A DNA stretch of 63,890 nucleotides, the filler included, from Octopus bimaculoides (taxonomy: Eukaryota), in NCBI RefSeq assembly GCF_001194135.2. It is 4 parts of 4 records of this genome, joined end to end, with 100 filler letters (N's around TTAATTAATTAA, not from the genome) between each part and the next. Parts side by side here need not be neighbours in the genome. Positions count along the whole stretch, not along the records: positions 15,281 to 37,194 come from NC_068993.1; positions 37,295 to 61,635 come from NW_026327513.1; 2 more parts are not named here. One strand, written 5' to 3'. The number at the start of each line of letters is the position of its first letter. The stretch's first letter is position 1. Made by a program: the position numbers and the translations under genes. The notes below the pieces were generated by a model, which was not told the origin of the DNA, did no database searches, and was given only the letters and a program-made list of their open reading frames with translations. Positions 25,221 through 38,936 of the stretch are shown piece by piece.

Positions 25221-25790
25221 CAGTAGTCTTATTTTTATAACGTGCTTTCACTACACTACCGAGCACAGCTCTGTGTGCCTTGGGTATGTACTGTGGTTTG
25301 TTGCGATGCTCTTATTTTTACTGTATTGAAAGTGTTTTACGTAGGATGTGTGCGGTGCCTAGTAACGCTATTTTCTGTATGTTATGTATACTTGTTAGTC
25401 ATGGTGTTTTTGTTATGTATTTGTTTGAATTTTTTTTTGTCATCCTTAATGCGCCTATTATGATAGGAATTGTTTCCGTTTTTAGATTCCACATTCGAGT
25501 TACCTCTATTTCCAGATCTTTGTATTTTGAAAGGTTCTCCGTTTCTTTTAGAAAAAACATTGTCATCTGTTGGTATTGATACATCGATTAGAAAGCATTT
25601 TTTGTCTTGGTGATCTCTGACAACTATATCCGGCCTATTGGCTTTAATTTCTCTATCTGCGTGTATTGGCATATCCCAGAGTATGGTTGCTTTCTCGTTT
25701 TCTGTGACCTTTTCTGGCGTGTGCGTATTCCATCTTAGTGTTGACATAGCTTCCAGTGTATGTAGGTCCAAACTCTGCCATGTCTGTGAA
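25221..25790 (-). mobile_element. 5'-truncated R4/Dong fragment (RLE domain plus 3' UTR)
   Basis: ILWDMPIHADREIKANRPDIVVRD...LIDVSIP, KYKDLEIEVTRMWNLKTETIPIIIGAL, NIQKIALLGTAHILRKTLSIQ*; the 3' UTR abuts (ATT)n. Confidence 0.88.
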
Positions 25791-25834
25791 TATATTCCTC
25801 CTCCTCCTTCTCTTCTTCTCCTTCTCATCATTAT

Positions 25835-26225
25835 CATTACTCAATATTTTGTAGTTTCAGGCAAATTTTTACTGCATCACCTGCTACACCTCCATGATTC
25901 TAGGGTGTATACAGCATTGTTTTTTTTTTGTTGGGGGAGCGCAGACTCTTCCCGGTATTGTATTGCGCCAGTTTGTTTTGTTATGGGGTTTGGTTGCAGT
26001 CTATTTTGTTGTATTAGTGTTTGTATTGTGCGTTGTGTGAGTAACGCAAGTTGTGTTCTTCTGTTGGGTATACGGCCTGTTGGTGATTATTTATTTTATT
26101 GTATATTTGTTATATAGAATGTCTTCTGTTTGTGGCTTATTTTGTTAGGGTTGTATTATTGAATTAATAGTGTCTTGCGTAGGTTGTGGGCTGTTCCTAG
26201 CAAAGCTAGTTTTTGGAAGAAATGC
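25835..26225 (-). mobile_element. R4/Dong 3' end of a different subfamily with a long AC-rich 3' UTR
   Basis: Minus strand QKLALLGTAHNLRKTL followed by ~330 nt of non-coding sequence ending in an AAT/GAT-like tract. Confidence 0.65.
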
Positions 26226-26269
26226 ATATGTGCATATTAGTTTTGGGACGAAATACACGCGTATACATA

Positions 26270-26311
<42 letters not shown>

Positions 26312-26959
26312 ATTATGATTTCATCATATTCAATTTAATATTAATATTTATGTTAACGAAATTATTTCCCTCGTTGTATTCAAACAACTGTAAGCACAAA
26401 ATTAAAAGTAAATACAATAGTTTCCAGTTTGTGTTTTAATATATCCATACTCTACTGTCAATAAACTTAACCAGGAATATTAACTTGTAATGGATAGTTA
26501 AACCATCTATGTACATAGGATTGATAGTCAGTAATCGCAGAAGTACTTCCTGAGGACACATATTATACGCATCCATCCATCCATCCATCCATACATACAT
26601 ACATACATACGTAAGTACGTACATACATGCGTACGTACATACATGCGTACGTACATACATGCGTACGTACATATATACACATATAGATTAATATGCCTAT
26701 CTATTTTATATATATTATGTACATACATCTTTTATTTTTATCTTTTACTTCTTTCAGTCATCTGATTGCGGCCATGCTGGGGCGCCGCATTGAAATTTTA
26801 GTCGAACGTATCGATTCCAGTACTTATTTTGCTTTAAAGCCTAGTACGTATTCCATCGGTCTCTTTTGCCGGCCGGTAGGTTACGGGGACGTAAACATAC
26901 CAGCACCGGTTGTCAAGCGGTGATAGGGGACAAACACAGTCACAAAAACGCGCACACAC

Positions 26960-27006
<47 letters not shown>

Positions 27007-27338
27007 NNNNNNNNNNNNNNNNNNNNNNNNNNNNNNNNNNNNNNNNNNNNNNNNNNNNNNNNNNNNNNNNNNNNNNNNNNNNNNNNNNNNNNNNNNNNNN
27101 NNNNNNNNNNNNNNNNNNNNNNNNNNNNNNNNNNNNNNNNNNNNNNNNNNNNNNNNNNNNNNNNNNNNNNNNNNNNNNNNNNNNNNNNNNNNNNNNNNNN
27201 NNNNNNNNNNNNNNNNNNNNNNNNNNNNNNNNNNNNNNNNNNNNNNNNNNNNNNNNNNNNNNNNNNNNNNNNNNNNNNNNNNNNNNNNNNNNNNNNNNNN
27301 NNNNNNNNNNNNNNNNNNNNNNNNNNNNNNNNNNNNNN

Positions 27339-27419
<81 letters not shown>

Positions 27420-28489
27420 GTGCGTGCGTGTATAAAGTATCAGAACGCAGGACCTGGCGCCAGTCTTGCCTCTCAGTTCAAAGAAATGCTGCTCCTCTGA
27501 ATGGAAAGCTTACCTGCCATTGTGATTTTGTGACACGAAGCAAAGCATGCCTTGCCGTTCACTCAAGAAAACATGGCAAATGATCTACAAGTATTCGAGC
27601 ATACTGAGTTCTTAACTGAGTCCTTTGCCAAAAGGTTTTCAAGAGACACATTCGTGTCCATAGAACATGATTGCCTCTTCGTTTTACTGAACCTTCATTT
27701 GTCGTTCATGACGGGAGAATCCACTACACACGCACACACACACACACAACGTGCACAGTTGTCAATGACTGATAATCAGTCTTTATAGCTTCATCCAAAC
27801 TAGCAGATTCAAACAACGAATTGAAATACACGCACAAATATACTTGCGCGCGCTCAAGTATATATGAACACGTGGACACAGACACACACACGCACACCGT
27901 ATATATTTCCACAACGATACATGTCTTTGTACACCCCCCCTCCACTGATGCCTAATAATCAAACAGGTTTTTATTGTAGCTAAAGCTTAAAGATGGGTGT
28001 TTCGTTAAGACAGTAGGTTGCTTAGAGGGCAGGTAAATGTGACTGATATAACGTATCCGACAGCGACAATTACACAAATCATGTGGAAATGAATGACAAT
28101 GACGTCAATTGGGTTGTATTTAGCCCCAGGTCAGTATAAGCCTAACAAAGTTATGATCAAAATACACCCCAACCATGACCGTTTCGTACTTTTTTCAAAT
28201 ACCCTGGACTACGAAACTAATTTGTTATTATGGTTTAGTCCCTGGTCAGCCGTAGTCCAGCTGACATATGACCAAAGGCGAAGGTGAAAAGGCGCATACC
28301 TAAGATTCCATGCTGCTTGATCGAACGTGATACCTCGTTATTAGGAAACAAGCTCCTTAACCATTCAACCATACACCGTCCATATTCTAGTCTAATAAGA
28401 TCATGACGAAAAGCACCCCAGTTGTGACCACCTCGACATATATACGAATATACAGTAGACTATATTAAGCACTTTTGTTTGAAACGATG

Positions 28490-28765
28490 AGATGCTAGAA
28501 TCGTTATCACTCTAGACAAAATTTCTTAGTGACATTTCGTCTATACTTACGTTCTGAGTTGTGCGAGGTTGACTTGTGCGAGGTTGACTTGTGCAAGGTT
28601 GACTTGTTTGAAGTTAACTTGTGCGAGGTTGGCTTGTGCGAGGCTGAGCTTGCCTTTCATCTTTTCGAGGTTGATGAAATAACAATCAGTTGAGCACTGT
28701 AGTCGATGTTATCGACTGTCCTCCTTCGCCAAAATTTCACGTCTTGTGTGTTTAGTAGAAAGGAT
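28490..28765 (+). mobile_element. SINE family A copy with an internal 15-bp tandem amplification
   Basis: Family A head and core, with GTGCGAGGTTGACTT repeated about six times at 28561-28651. Confidence 0.8.
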
Positions 28766-30059
28766 TCTTCGTTGCTTTTTGGGGAGCTGGCCGGAGGGGG
28801 CGTATAGATATAGTATCAAAAGGCGATCCCGTCTTAATTATTCCAATTATTTTTATCAGATTATGATTTCAGAGATATTTGCTTGCTATCTCAAGGGGAA
28901 GTCGATTATACAGCCAGAGACCACCTTATTGTCTCGCCATAAAATAAGAAAGGGCATCAAAGAATGTTCCCCTCCGTGATAGCTGAAACAGCAGCCAAAC
29001 CTCCCTCAAATTATACCTTATCATCTCAAATAAAGTAGCGGACGCACAAAACAGTGTGCCTCTAAATGCTCAGTGTGAGTTCGTATGGCTTAGTAGTTAG
29101 GAGTAAGGTAGTGAGTTCGATTCCCGACGTTGCGTTGTGTCTTTCAGCAAGACACTTTATTTCATGCATGCAGTTGTCTGCACCCCACCTCTGAATGATA
29201 ATATTTTAGTTTTAGTGATAATGATATCATCTGTTTATCGGTGATATCTTATTTAAAAGTGGTTATAAGAAACTTTAAGTATATTTTTGCGACAGAAGTT
29301 TGAAACACCAATGTATCCCTTGCCGTTTCGTCTCCTCAAATTAATTACTCTTAATACAAGTTCGGTATAAAGAATGCATTATTTCCTCAACGTCCAGTCC
29401 ACGACGTGATCGTTTATTTTACTAAGAATAGCAGAAAAATCTTCCTCAAATTGCTCTAATGTTTCACAAAAAAGAACATCCGGATAATGTACTTTTAGAT
29501 ACACTATATATGAGGGATGGACGGAATGGTTCATTCTTCCGGAGCATTTTAATTCTAGGTTTACTTAAAGAGGATTAATTTGCTGCTAATAACAAACGTC
29601 AATAGCACAATATATTTTATCATTTCTCACAATATTATCAGTTTGGGGCCAGAGGTTATTAACTGTGACATTCCATATATTTTGGACGACAGACTCTCAT
29701 GTTTTAATGGAAATTAATTAATGTTTTAATGGTGATTAATTAATGTTTTAATGGTAGTTAATGAAAATATTTCTAATTTGGAAATATTCCGATTATGCAT
29801 GAAGATATTCAAAATATTGTGAAACTGACGTAATGAAAAATATTTGATAAAGATTAGTAAATAAATATGCAAATATAAGGGATATGTACGACACATATTT
29901 TTAAAGCATTATTTATCTAAAACTAGTGACTCAGTTTGTGGAGAATGTGAAGTGGGTGACAGGGTTCAAACAGAACTAATCTTTAGTAATAAACGAATGA
30001 AGTTATCGAAGGAACTTCCGATTGATATGACAGGTGGACGATTGGTGCAAATCATACAG

Positions 30060-30111
<52 letters not shown>

Positions 30112-30122
30112 TAATAATAATA

Positions 30123-30366
30123 AACTGTACGAAAAGTGGGAGTTAGAGAGAGGCAAGACGTGGTATGAGCATAGACCGCAAAGAGTGGCAGAGTCGGAGG
30201 TTAGCAAAATCCTCTGGGATTTCCCAATCCAAACAGATCAGGTGCTAGAGCATAGCAGACCGGACCTAGTAGTGATGGACAAGGTGCATCACATATGATA
30301 TGTAGTTGATGTTGCATACCCCTTTGACCCACGAATCATCAAGAAGGAAGGCAAAAATATAAATAA

Positions 30367-30400
<34 letters not shown>

Positions 30401-30720
30401 CGATAGATAGATAGATAGATAGATACAACCCTCTTAAGTACGAAAGAGCCCAACTACGGAAAATGAAGAAGGGGAAGATAGTGCCAATTATTGTTGGGTC
30501 CTTGGGAACCATATCAGGAGGAATCAAGAGGAATATAAAGAGGAATAGAGTGCCCAGTAGAAATGCTACAAAAGGTTTGCCTCCTTGGCAAGGCCAGAAT
30601 AACAAGGAGAGTATAGTATAGCTGAAAAGAACGAATAGCATGGTACCGTAGACTGCAGGTAGTAAGCTCGCTACGTATGTGAGACACCAGGAGCTCCAAT
30701 AAAACCTGTGATAAAGAGAA
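30123..30720 (+). mobile_element. 5'-truncated R4/Dong fragment with an internal (GATA)n expansion
   Basis: KLYEKWELERGKTWYEHRPQRVAESEVSKILWDFPIQTDQVLEHSRPDLVVMDK...; same subfamily as the 18.1-18.6 kb copy; (AAT)n on both sides. Confidence 0.88.
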
Positions 30721-30734
30721 AATAATAATGATAA

Positions 30735-31035
30735 AAATACAATCCCTTGAAATTTCAAATAGGAAGAATTTGGAACATGAGAACAATAATAGTTCGTATA
30801 ATAGTTGGTGTGTTGGAGACAGTAAGCAAATATATAGACAAATGGCTGGAAGAGATTGGAATAGAATGCCACGTAGGGGTCCTACAGAAAATTTGTCTCT
30901 TAGAGATAGCAAGAATTATCAGGAGGTTTCTAAGCACTTGAAAGACAGCTGAAAACTTGTGGATACCTATGGGTAGTAACCCGCTACCCGTATATATCCT
31001 ACAGGAATAAGACCGAACGTGAACCAAACCAAAAT
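30735..31035 (+). mobile_element. R4/Dong 3' fragment (another subfamily)
   Basis: IWNMRTIIVRIIVGVLETVSKYIDKWLEEIGIECHVGVLQKICLLEIARIIRRFLST*; flanked by AAT-like tracts. Confidence 0.8.
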
Positions 31036-31069
31036 ACTATTACTACTACTACTAATAATAATAATAGTT

Positions 31070-31535
31070 TCAAATTTGGCCACAAGGGCAGCAATTTTGG
31101 GGGAGGAGATGAGTCGATTACATCGACCCCAATGTTCAACTGGCATTTATTTTATCGACCCCGAAAGGATGAAAGGGAAAGTCAACCTCGGCGGAATTTG
31201 AACTCAAAGCGTAGCGACGGGTGAAATACTGCTAAGCATTTCGTCGTCGCGCTAACGATTCTGCCAACTCGTCGTCTCAGTACTAATACATTCTGCCAGT
31301 CACCACTTTATATAATAATAAAAATGGTTTCAAACTTCGGCACGAAGCCAGCAATGTTAGGGCGAAAGGTTAGTCGATAACACAGACCCAGTATTTAATC
31401 TGTGCTTTATTTTAACTAATCCAAAAGGATGAAAGAAGTTGATTTCGGTGGGATTCGAACTCAGAACGTAATGATTCGAAAAAATGCATCTAAGCATTTT
31501 GTTCGACGCGTTAATGTTTCTGCCAGCTCGATGAG
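31070..31535 (-). mobile_element. Two SINE family A copies in minus orientation
   Basis: Reverse complement of the family A core (ATCGACCCCGAAAGGATGAAAG...GAATTTGAACTC) at about 31070-31275 and 31325-31535; others at 33825-34050 and 58005-58110. Confidence 0.8.
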
Positions 31536-32923
31536 AGACGAGTAGGTACGTTATGTGCAAGCTTGTGTACGCGCGCGAGTATATTCATTTACAACCACAC
31601 ACACATGCACACACAGATACATACTCACACATTAAATGAGTAATGTGAAATAACTGAGAGTGGCTAGAGGCGTGGAATCGGATAGCAAGAACCAAGAGGA
31701 AAACACTAAATAGCAAAGAGAGATAAATTTTTGATTTACTGCTACTATCTTCGCTTGGAGAGAAAAGTAAACGAGTATCAGGCAGTAACTGAAACCGACA
31801 CCAAATGAGGAAGGGAGATAATCTTAAAGAATAGTTATAAACGTCGTTTCACAACTGCTAACTCTCAATCTCACTGCATGATAAATTCAGACATTGCTAT
31901 TTTCTATAAATCGGATTGACCGCATACCTTGTGAGATAAATATTATAGACGAAGCTGAAAGGAGCCAATTTGTAATTTTAAAGGTAAAGCCTTGTCAACA
32001 ACTTTGTCACCGATTTTGCTTGAGAATGACATTAAGAGCGTTCATGACCGTGGATAATTTAGCCACTTTAGTAAATTCATAAACAAGTAGTTCAGTTTGT
32101 CGATCATGGTCGAACGACAGTGATGTACAAGACACAAAGACAGACACGCATACTCACAGCTATAGCCTATAGGGAAGGGAGATGACCATGGTCAGAAAAT
32201 CGTGTATATATACATACGTATATATATATATATATATNNNNNNNNNNNNNNNNNNNNNNNNNNNNNNNNNNNNNNNNNNNNNNNNNNNNNNNNNNNNNNN
32301 NNNNNNNNNNNNNNNNNNNNNNNNNNNNNNNNNNNNNNNNNNNNNNNNNNNNNNNNNNNNNNNNNNNNNNNNNNNNNNNNNNNNNNNNNNNNNNNNNNNN
32401 NNNNNNNNNNNNNNNNNNNNNNNNNNNNNNNNNNNNNNNNNNNNNNNNNNNNNNNNNNNNNNNNNNNNNNNNNNNNNNNNNNNNNNNNNNNNNNNNNNNN
32501 NNNNNNNNNNNNNNNNNNNNNNNNNNNNNNNNNNNNNNNNNNNNNNNNNNNNNNNNNNNNNNNNNNNNNNNNNNNNNNNNNNNNNNNNNNNNNNNNNNNN
32601 NNNNNNNNNNNNNNNNNNNNNNNNNNNNNNNNNNNNNNNNNNNNNNNNNNNNNNNNNNNNNNNNNNNNNNNNNNNNNNNNNNNNNNNNNNNNNNNNNNNN
32701 NNNNNNNNNNNNNNNNNNNNNNNNNNNNNNNNNNNNNNNNNNNNNNNNNNNNNNNNNNNNNNNNNNNNNNNNNNNNNNNNNNNNNNNNNNNNNNNNNNNN
32801 NNNNNNNNNNNNNNNNNNNNNNNNNNNNNNNNNNNTGTATGTATGTATGTAATGTATGTATGTATGTATGTATGTATGTATGTATGTATGCATGTATGTA
32901 TTATGCATGTATGTATGTATGTA

Positions 32924-32986
<63 letters not shown>

Positions 32987-33402
32987 ATGTGTATATTGAG
33001 GTTTATAGAGAAACAAAAGACGATGACAGGCGTATGAACAACTAGCAGGTGTTATAGTTTGCCGCTCGAGAGAATGAATAAGTCATTTACGTCTCGAAAA
33101 CATATATAAATATGTTGCACACACACATACACACACACAGACACACAGACACACACACACAAACACACACACACATACACACACATACAGATATACGTAT
33201 ACGTATATATAATATATGTGTACATATATATATATGTATATGTATGTATGTATGCATGTTTGCATGTATGTATGTATGTATGTATGTATGTATGCATGCA
33301 TGTGTGTATGTGCATGTATAGCCAGAGAGAAAGAAAGAGAGACTGAGATTGACTGAGATAACTATGAACATGTGTATGTTTTTCTACTTGCGTTTAAACT
33401 CA

Positions 33403-33448
<46 letters not shown>

Positions 33449-35121
33449 TGTGTGCGTGTACCTGTGTATATCTGGATGTTTCTGCGTGTACATACATGCC
33501 TCTGTATCTTTTCGAGCCATCTACTTTTAGTAGTAATCTCCTTACAACAAACATGTCTCAACATTGAACATAACAAAGAACCATAATATGACTTAAAGTA
33601 AAACTTGTTATATTTAGGGTCCCTATTTTGTAGAGTTGATATTTTTTAGATCAATCTATTATTCCTTTATTACTTTGGCTAATTTCGAAGTACACAGACG
33701 CTCCTGCACCAAAAATGTTTTAAAATAAAAGTATTAATTCAGACTGTATAGTTTCAGTTTTACCTTCTTTCGAAATAACTAGAAAATACAAAGCAATGTC
33801 TTTATATTGATTTCAAATGTTCGCAAAAGGCCAAGAATTTAAGGGGAGGGGGTAAGTCGATTACGTTGACCCTAGTACTCAACGGGTACTTATTTTATCC
33901 ATCCATCGGAAGGATGAAAGGCAATTCGGCCGCGGCGGCATTTGTACATAGGACGTAAAGACGGGCGAAATGCCGCCAAGTATTTCGCCCGCCGTAGTAT
34001 TTCACCCGCCGTAGTATTTCGCCGCCAAGTATTTTCTCCGATTGTGCCAGTTCGTCACCAATACAATGTCTTTATATTGCCACTAAAAATAGAACAAAAG
34101 TAATGCTTCCCACATACATCCTGTAGATTCACTTACACGCACAAGTACACATATGAATATATAGATGTAACCCACCAGCGTATTCAGTAGATATATTAAA
34201 AATAGCAGTTAAATCTCAAAAATTTACGAAAGGAAGGGCACATTAAGTAATGTGTAGAAAAAAGAAAGATGTGATGGAAACTCTGTTGGCTACAGGTTTG
34301 TGGTCATGGCTAAACATTGAGAAACAGCAAGTTGTTATAATGAAGAACATATTGACCAAAGATTTTTTAGGGAACACAGTGTGTTACGACGAATGGAAAC
34401 AATACTTCCAAACATGTTTGTGGATGGAAAAGAAAAAAAAACAGTTTTATACGTTCGTTTCATTTCTAGTTGGAACATTCGCCTCTGACAGTACACTCTA
34501 CTTAACTACCAGAAAACATACTGCTTATAGACTAGTGCTAAAATATACTGGACAAACCAATTTGCATACTTGACCATTTAATACCATTTCGAAAAGTATT
34601 GTAATAAATAAATAAACAACAACATCAACAATAATAATAATAAATACCCTAATACAGTACCAGGCCCTGGCTCTCATGGCCTCTGATCTTAACTGATTGG
34701 AAGTGTTATCATGTACATGTTTTGTCTTAGTATGAAAGATGGGCTACAGCAAATATTCTGAGGAATACCACATTTTTGCCTGTCAGCTGTTTGACCTTAA
34801 CCAATTGAGCATGCCCCTTAATAACGAGCAGAAATAGTGGGGTAGCATCATAGCCATGTGTTGAGAGGAATTCTTTGGAGTTTAAATAATTCACCACTGG
34901 AAACATCGGTGTTTCGTTCAACATTCTTAAACAACCCTTATTCAAGGCCCTTTTGAGTGGGATGAGATACTCGACCTCAAGGAAATTCTAACTGTGCACA
35001 TTTGGTTCTGATGCATGTGCGTGGTGTACCCTTATGAGATGGGTAATCATTATTGGTTTATACTGGACTTCGTATATTTGTACACCAGTGTCCTTTGATG
35101 GCATGAGCTGCTCTCTCACTC

Positions 35122-35180
<59 letters not shown>

Positions 35181-35188
35181 TGATGATC

Positions 35189-35239
<51 letters not shown>

Positions 35240-36317
35240 GCAATAGTAATTATAATAATAATGATAATATATTCGAGTACATATAGATGTATATATATGT
35301 GTGTGTGTGTGTGTGTACATAAATACATCTTTATATATATAACATAATATAATATGATGCAATATAAATATACATCATGTATATGCACAGTCATTAGAAA
35401 GGTTGTGAAAGTTAAAGTTTAAATTTTTTGTAGCATAAGTATCTGATAGAACTGATCAACAAAGAATATTTAGAAACCTGAAAGATCTATTTTACTATCA
35501 TTAGCAACCAACCAATTTGTAATAATATTTTATTAATTTAAAATACAAATAATAATTACAACAATATTATTATACTGAGACATGGAAAAACTCCTATTTA
35601 TTTTGTCAAAGCATGCTATACTTACAAAAATAATTGATGTGATTAAGGACATTACAGAAAACCCACTGCAAAATACATTTCGGAGTCGAAAATCAGTGGA
35701 CAGTCTTCAATGGACAGTCTTCAGTGGACAGTCTTCAATATGAAAACTTATAATCTCGAGATTAAATCTTTTTAAAATTGTAACAGTCTTTTTTCTCTTT
35801 CTTCTTCCACTGGTTAATTCTATCATAAATGGAGCTAATTTCTGTCTTATGATTCAACACTGGGGAAATTTTGAAGTCAGAGTCATTGTAGATTTCGTTT
35901 GAATAAAATATCTAGACTCTACACTGGTACAGAGGCTTTATCACCGTCTCTCACTATCTATATCTATATTTAATGATTGCAAGAACTATCGTTACACAAA
36001 TTTATAATTGCATTAAAATTTTATAATGATTTTCTTTTTCAAACGTTATTATTGGTGGACGAAAAGGGAACTTCTATGTCTAAAAGGTCACTCACTTGCT
36101 GGAAATAACTTTCAAATCAGATCCTACAATCTTTTAAGCACTGGTAGAACACATTGGATAATTTAGTCCTAAATATACCATATAAACCAAATATACTAAG
36201 ACAAGACGGTCACATCTGGAACCCTTTTGAGAAAAGACACCAATGCACGATTAAAACGAGGTAACTTGAGCTAAACTAAAACACTCGCATACACAGTTTC
36301 ATACACACACATAGAAG

Positions 36318-36358
<41 letters not shown>

Positions 36359-37294
36359 ACAAAAAATTGTTTTTATACGAAGCGTTTAAATATGTTTAAA
36401 AATGTGAAGAACGTTGTGTTTAGTATAAACAAAAGAGACCCCATTTTACACACACACGCGCGCACGCACTCACACACACACACACACACACACACGTATA
36501 TATGCATATGAATGTTTGTATATGCATGCTATACATAAACAAATAACTATTTTATATTGCGTAACCTTAAATAAATAACATATCTGTGGATCATCCAGTT
36601 CGTTGTTATTAAATGTTCTTGACTTCAATGCAGTTAGTAAATATTTTTAAATACACTGACGATGGTTTTACTGAAACGCTGTAACGCCATATTAAATGTT
36701 ACATGCCTCTAAGTGATAACGATATAAAATTTCGCTTTTCTTTCTGCTGGAGGTGGAAGGGAGTCAATAAAATGACTACCAGCAGTTGACCTGGGTCGTT
36801 TTAATAGGCCATACGTCCATTTATTCTTCTACAAATGATGTGTGGTCTTTTGTCAATCTAAGAAATTCATATTACCACCATCACCTCCGCCCAAAGAAAT
36901 TGTAGGGAGATGGAAATGCTAGAACGTCAATATAAATAGCTTCTATTAGGTAATTTCGTCTCCCAAAGTTCTGAGTATAGTCACTACAACGACTGCCTTT
37001 ACATTTAATTCCTTCGGGGGGGCAGAGATATATAATAACAGTTTCATTAGACCAAGTCGATCTCATAAACTTCCTTCTTTTGGGACTCCGGAATCATTTT
37101 TACCAATATTAAAATCTTTTTTGATCTTGGTTTTTCCTTATGAAGTTTTTTGTTGGTCTGTAATAGAACTAAATATTGGTGTAGCATATATATANNNNNN
37201 NNNNNNNNNNNNNNNNNNNNNNNNNNNNNNNNNNNNNNTTAATTAATTAANNNNNNNNNNNNNNNNNNNNNNNNNNNNNNNNNNNNNNNNNNNN

Positions 37295-37359
<65 letters not shown>

Positions 37360-37998
37360 CATATATATATATACATATATATATATATATTTATATATCC
37401 ATATGTATGTGTATATATTTTTATATATATACACATGTATACATACACATAGATTCCATATAAACACAGAAACACACACACATATACATTCATAGATAGA
37501 TAGATAGATAGATAGATACATGCATATATACATACATACATACATACATACATACATACATACAAAAAGTGAAAGAGAGGGGTGGGAAGGTGGAGAGGGA
37601 GATGTTTCGGAATGTTTCGTTAGGTTGTCGATAAGAAGCATGCATATCGAGCGGTTTGGGTTATTCGAATCCTATCTATGCGTCTGTTCGATAAATCTCA
37701 GCCGCACGAAACCTTCGGGTACGAGAGGATGCGCTTTACAAATGTTCATTTACAACAAATCCTAACACGATCTATAATCCGGATGATTGTATCTTTAATG
37801 TCTTACCACTTTCAGCCATTTGACTGCGGCCATACTGGAGCACCACCTTGAAGAATTTTAGGTCGAAAGAACCGACCCTCCCTACTTATTTTCTGTTGAG
37901 CCTGGTATTTATTCTATCGGTATCTCTTGCTGAAATGCTAAGTTATAGAGATCGAAGAAGATAACTTTTTTTTTTAACCAGACACACACGCACGTACA

Positions 37999-38049
<51 letters not shown>

Positions 38050-38891
38050 NNNNNNNNNNNNNNNNNNNNNNNNNNNNNNNNNNNNNNNNNNNNNNNNNNN
38101 NNNNNNNNNNNNNNNNNNNNNNNNNNNNNNNNNNNNNNNNNNNNNNNNNNNNNNNNNNNNNNNNNNNNNNNNNNNNNNNNNNNNNNNNNNNNNNNNNNNN
38201 NNNNNNNNNNNNNNNNNNNNNNNNNNNNNNNNNNNNNNNNNNNNNNNNNNNNNNNNNNNNNNNNNNNNNNNNNNNNNNNNNNNNNNNNNNNNNNNNNNNN
38301 NNNNNNNNNNNNNNNNNNNNNNNNNNNNNNNNNNNNNNNNNNNNNNNNNNNNNNNNNNNNNNNNNNNNNNNNNNNNNNNNNNNNNNNNNNNNNNNNNNNN
38401 NNNNNNNNNNNNNNNNNNNNNNNNNNNNNNNNNNNNNNNNNNNNNNNNNNNNNNNNNNNNNNNNNNNNNNNNNNNNNNNNNNNNNNNNNNNNNNNNNNNN
38501 NNNNNNNNNNNNNNNNNNNNNNNNNNNNNNNNNNNNNNNNNNNNNNNNNNNNNNNNNNNNNNNNNNNNNNNNNNNNNNNNNNNNNNNNNNNNNNNNTATA
38601 CATATATATATATATGTGTATGGATGTATATATACAGTATATAAATATATATATATATGTATGTATGTATGTATGTATCTATCTATCTATCTATCTATCT
38701 ATATATATATATATATATATATATACATACATATACACACATATATATATATGTACGTATGTATGTATGTATACATGGCTATATGCGGGAGTGTCTGTAT
38801 ACACTATATACACGACTATGCTGAACTCGATCCATAGTTGGTGTCCTTATAATTAATATACCTTGATTCAAAAATAGACAGACAGACAGAC

Positions 38892-38936
<45 letters not shown>

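Noticed and set aside
27480-27720. Minus-strand donor CAG|GTAAGC at about 27500 as a possible Nkx6 exon 2
   Set aside because: No frame upstream encodes homeodomain-like sequence.
28561-28651. Short tandem arrays as CRISPR-like repeats (also 12575, 33980, 35694)
   Set aside because: Units are contiguous with no unique spacers, there are no cas genes, and the context is eukaryotic.
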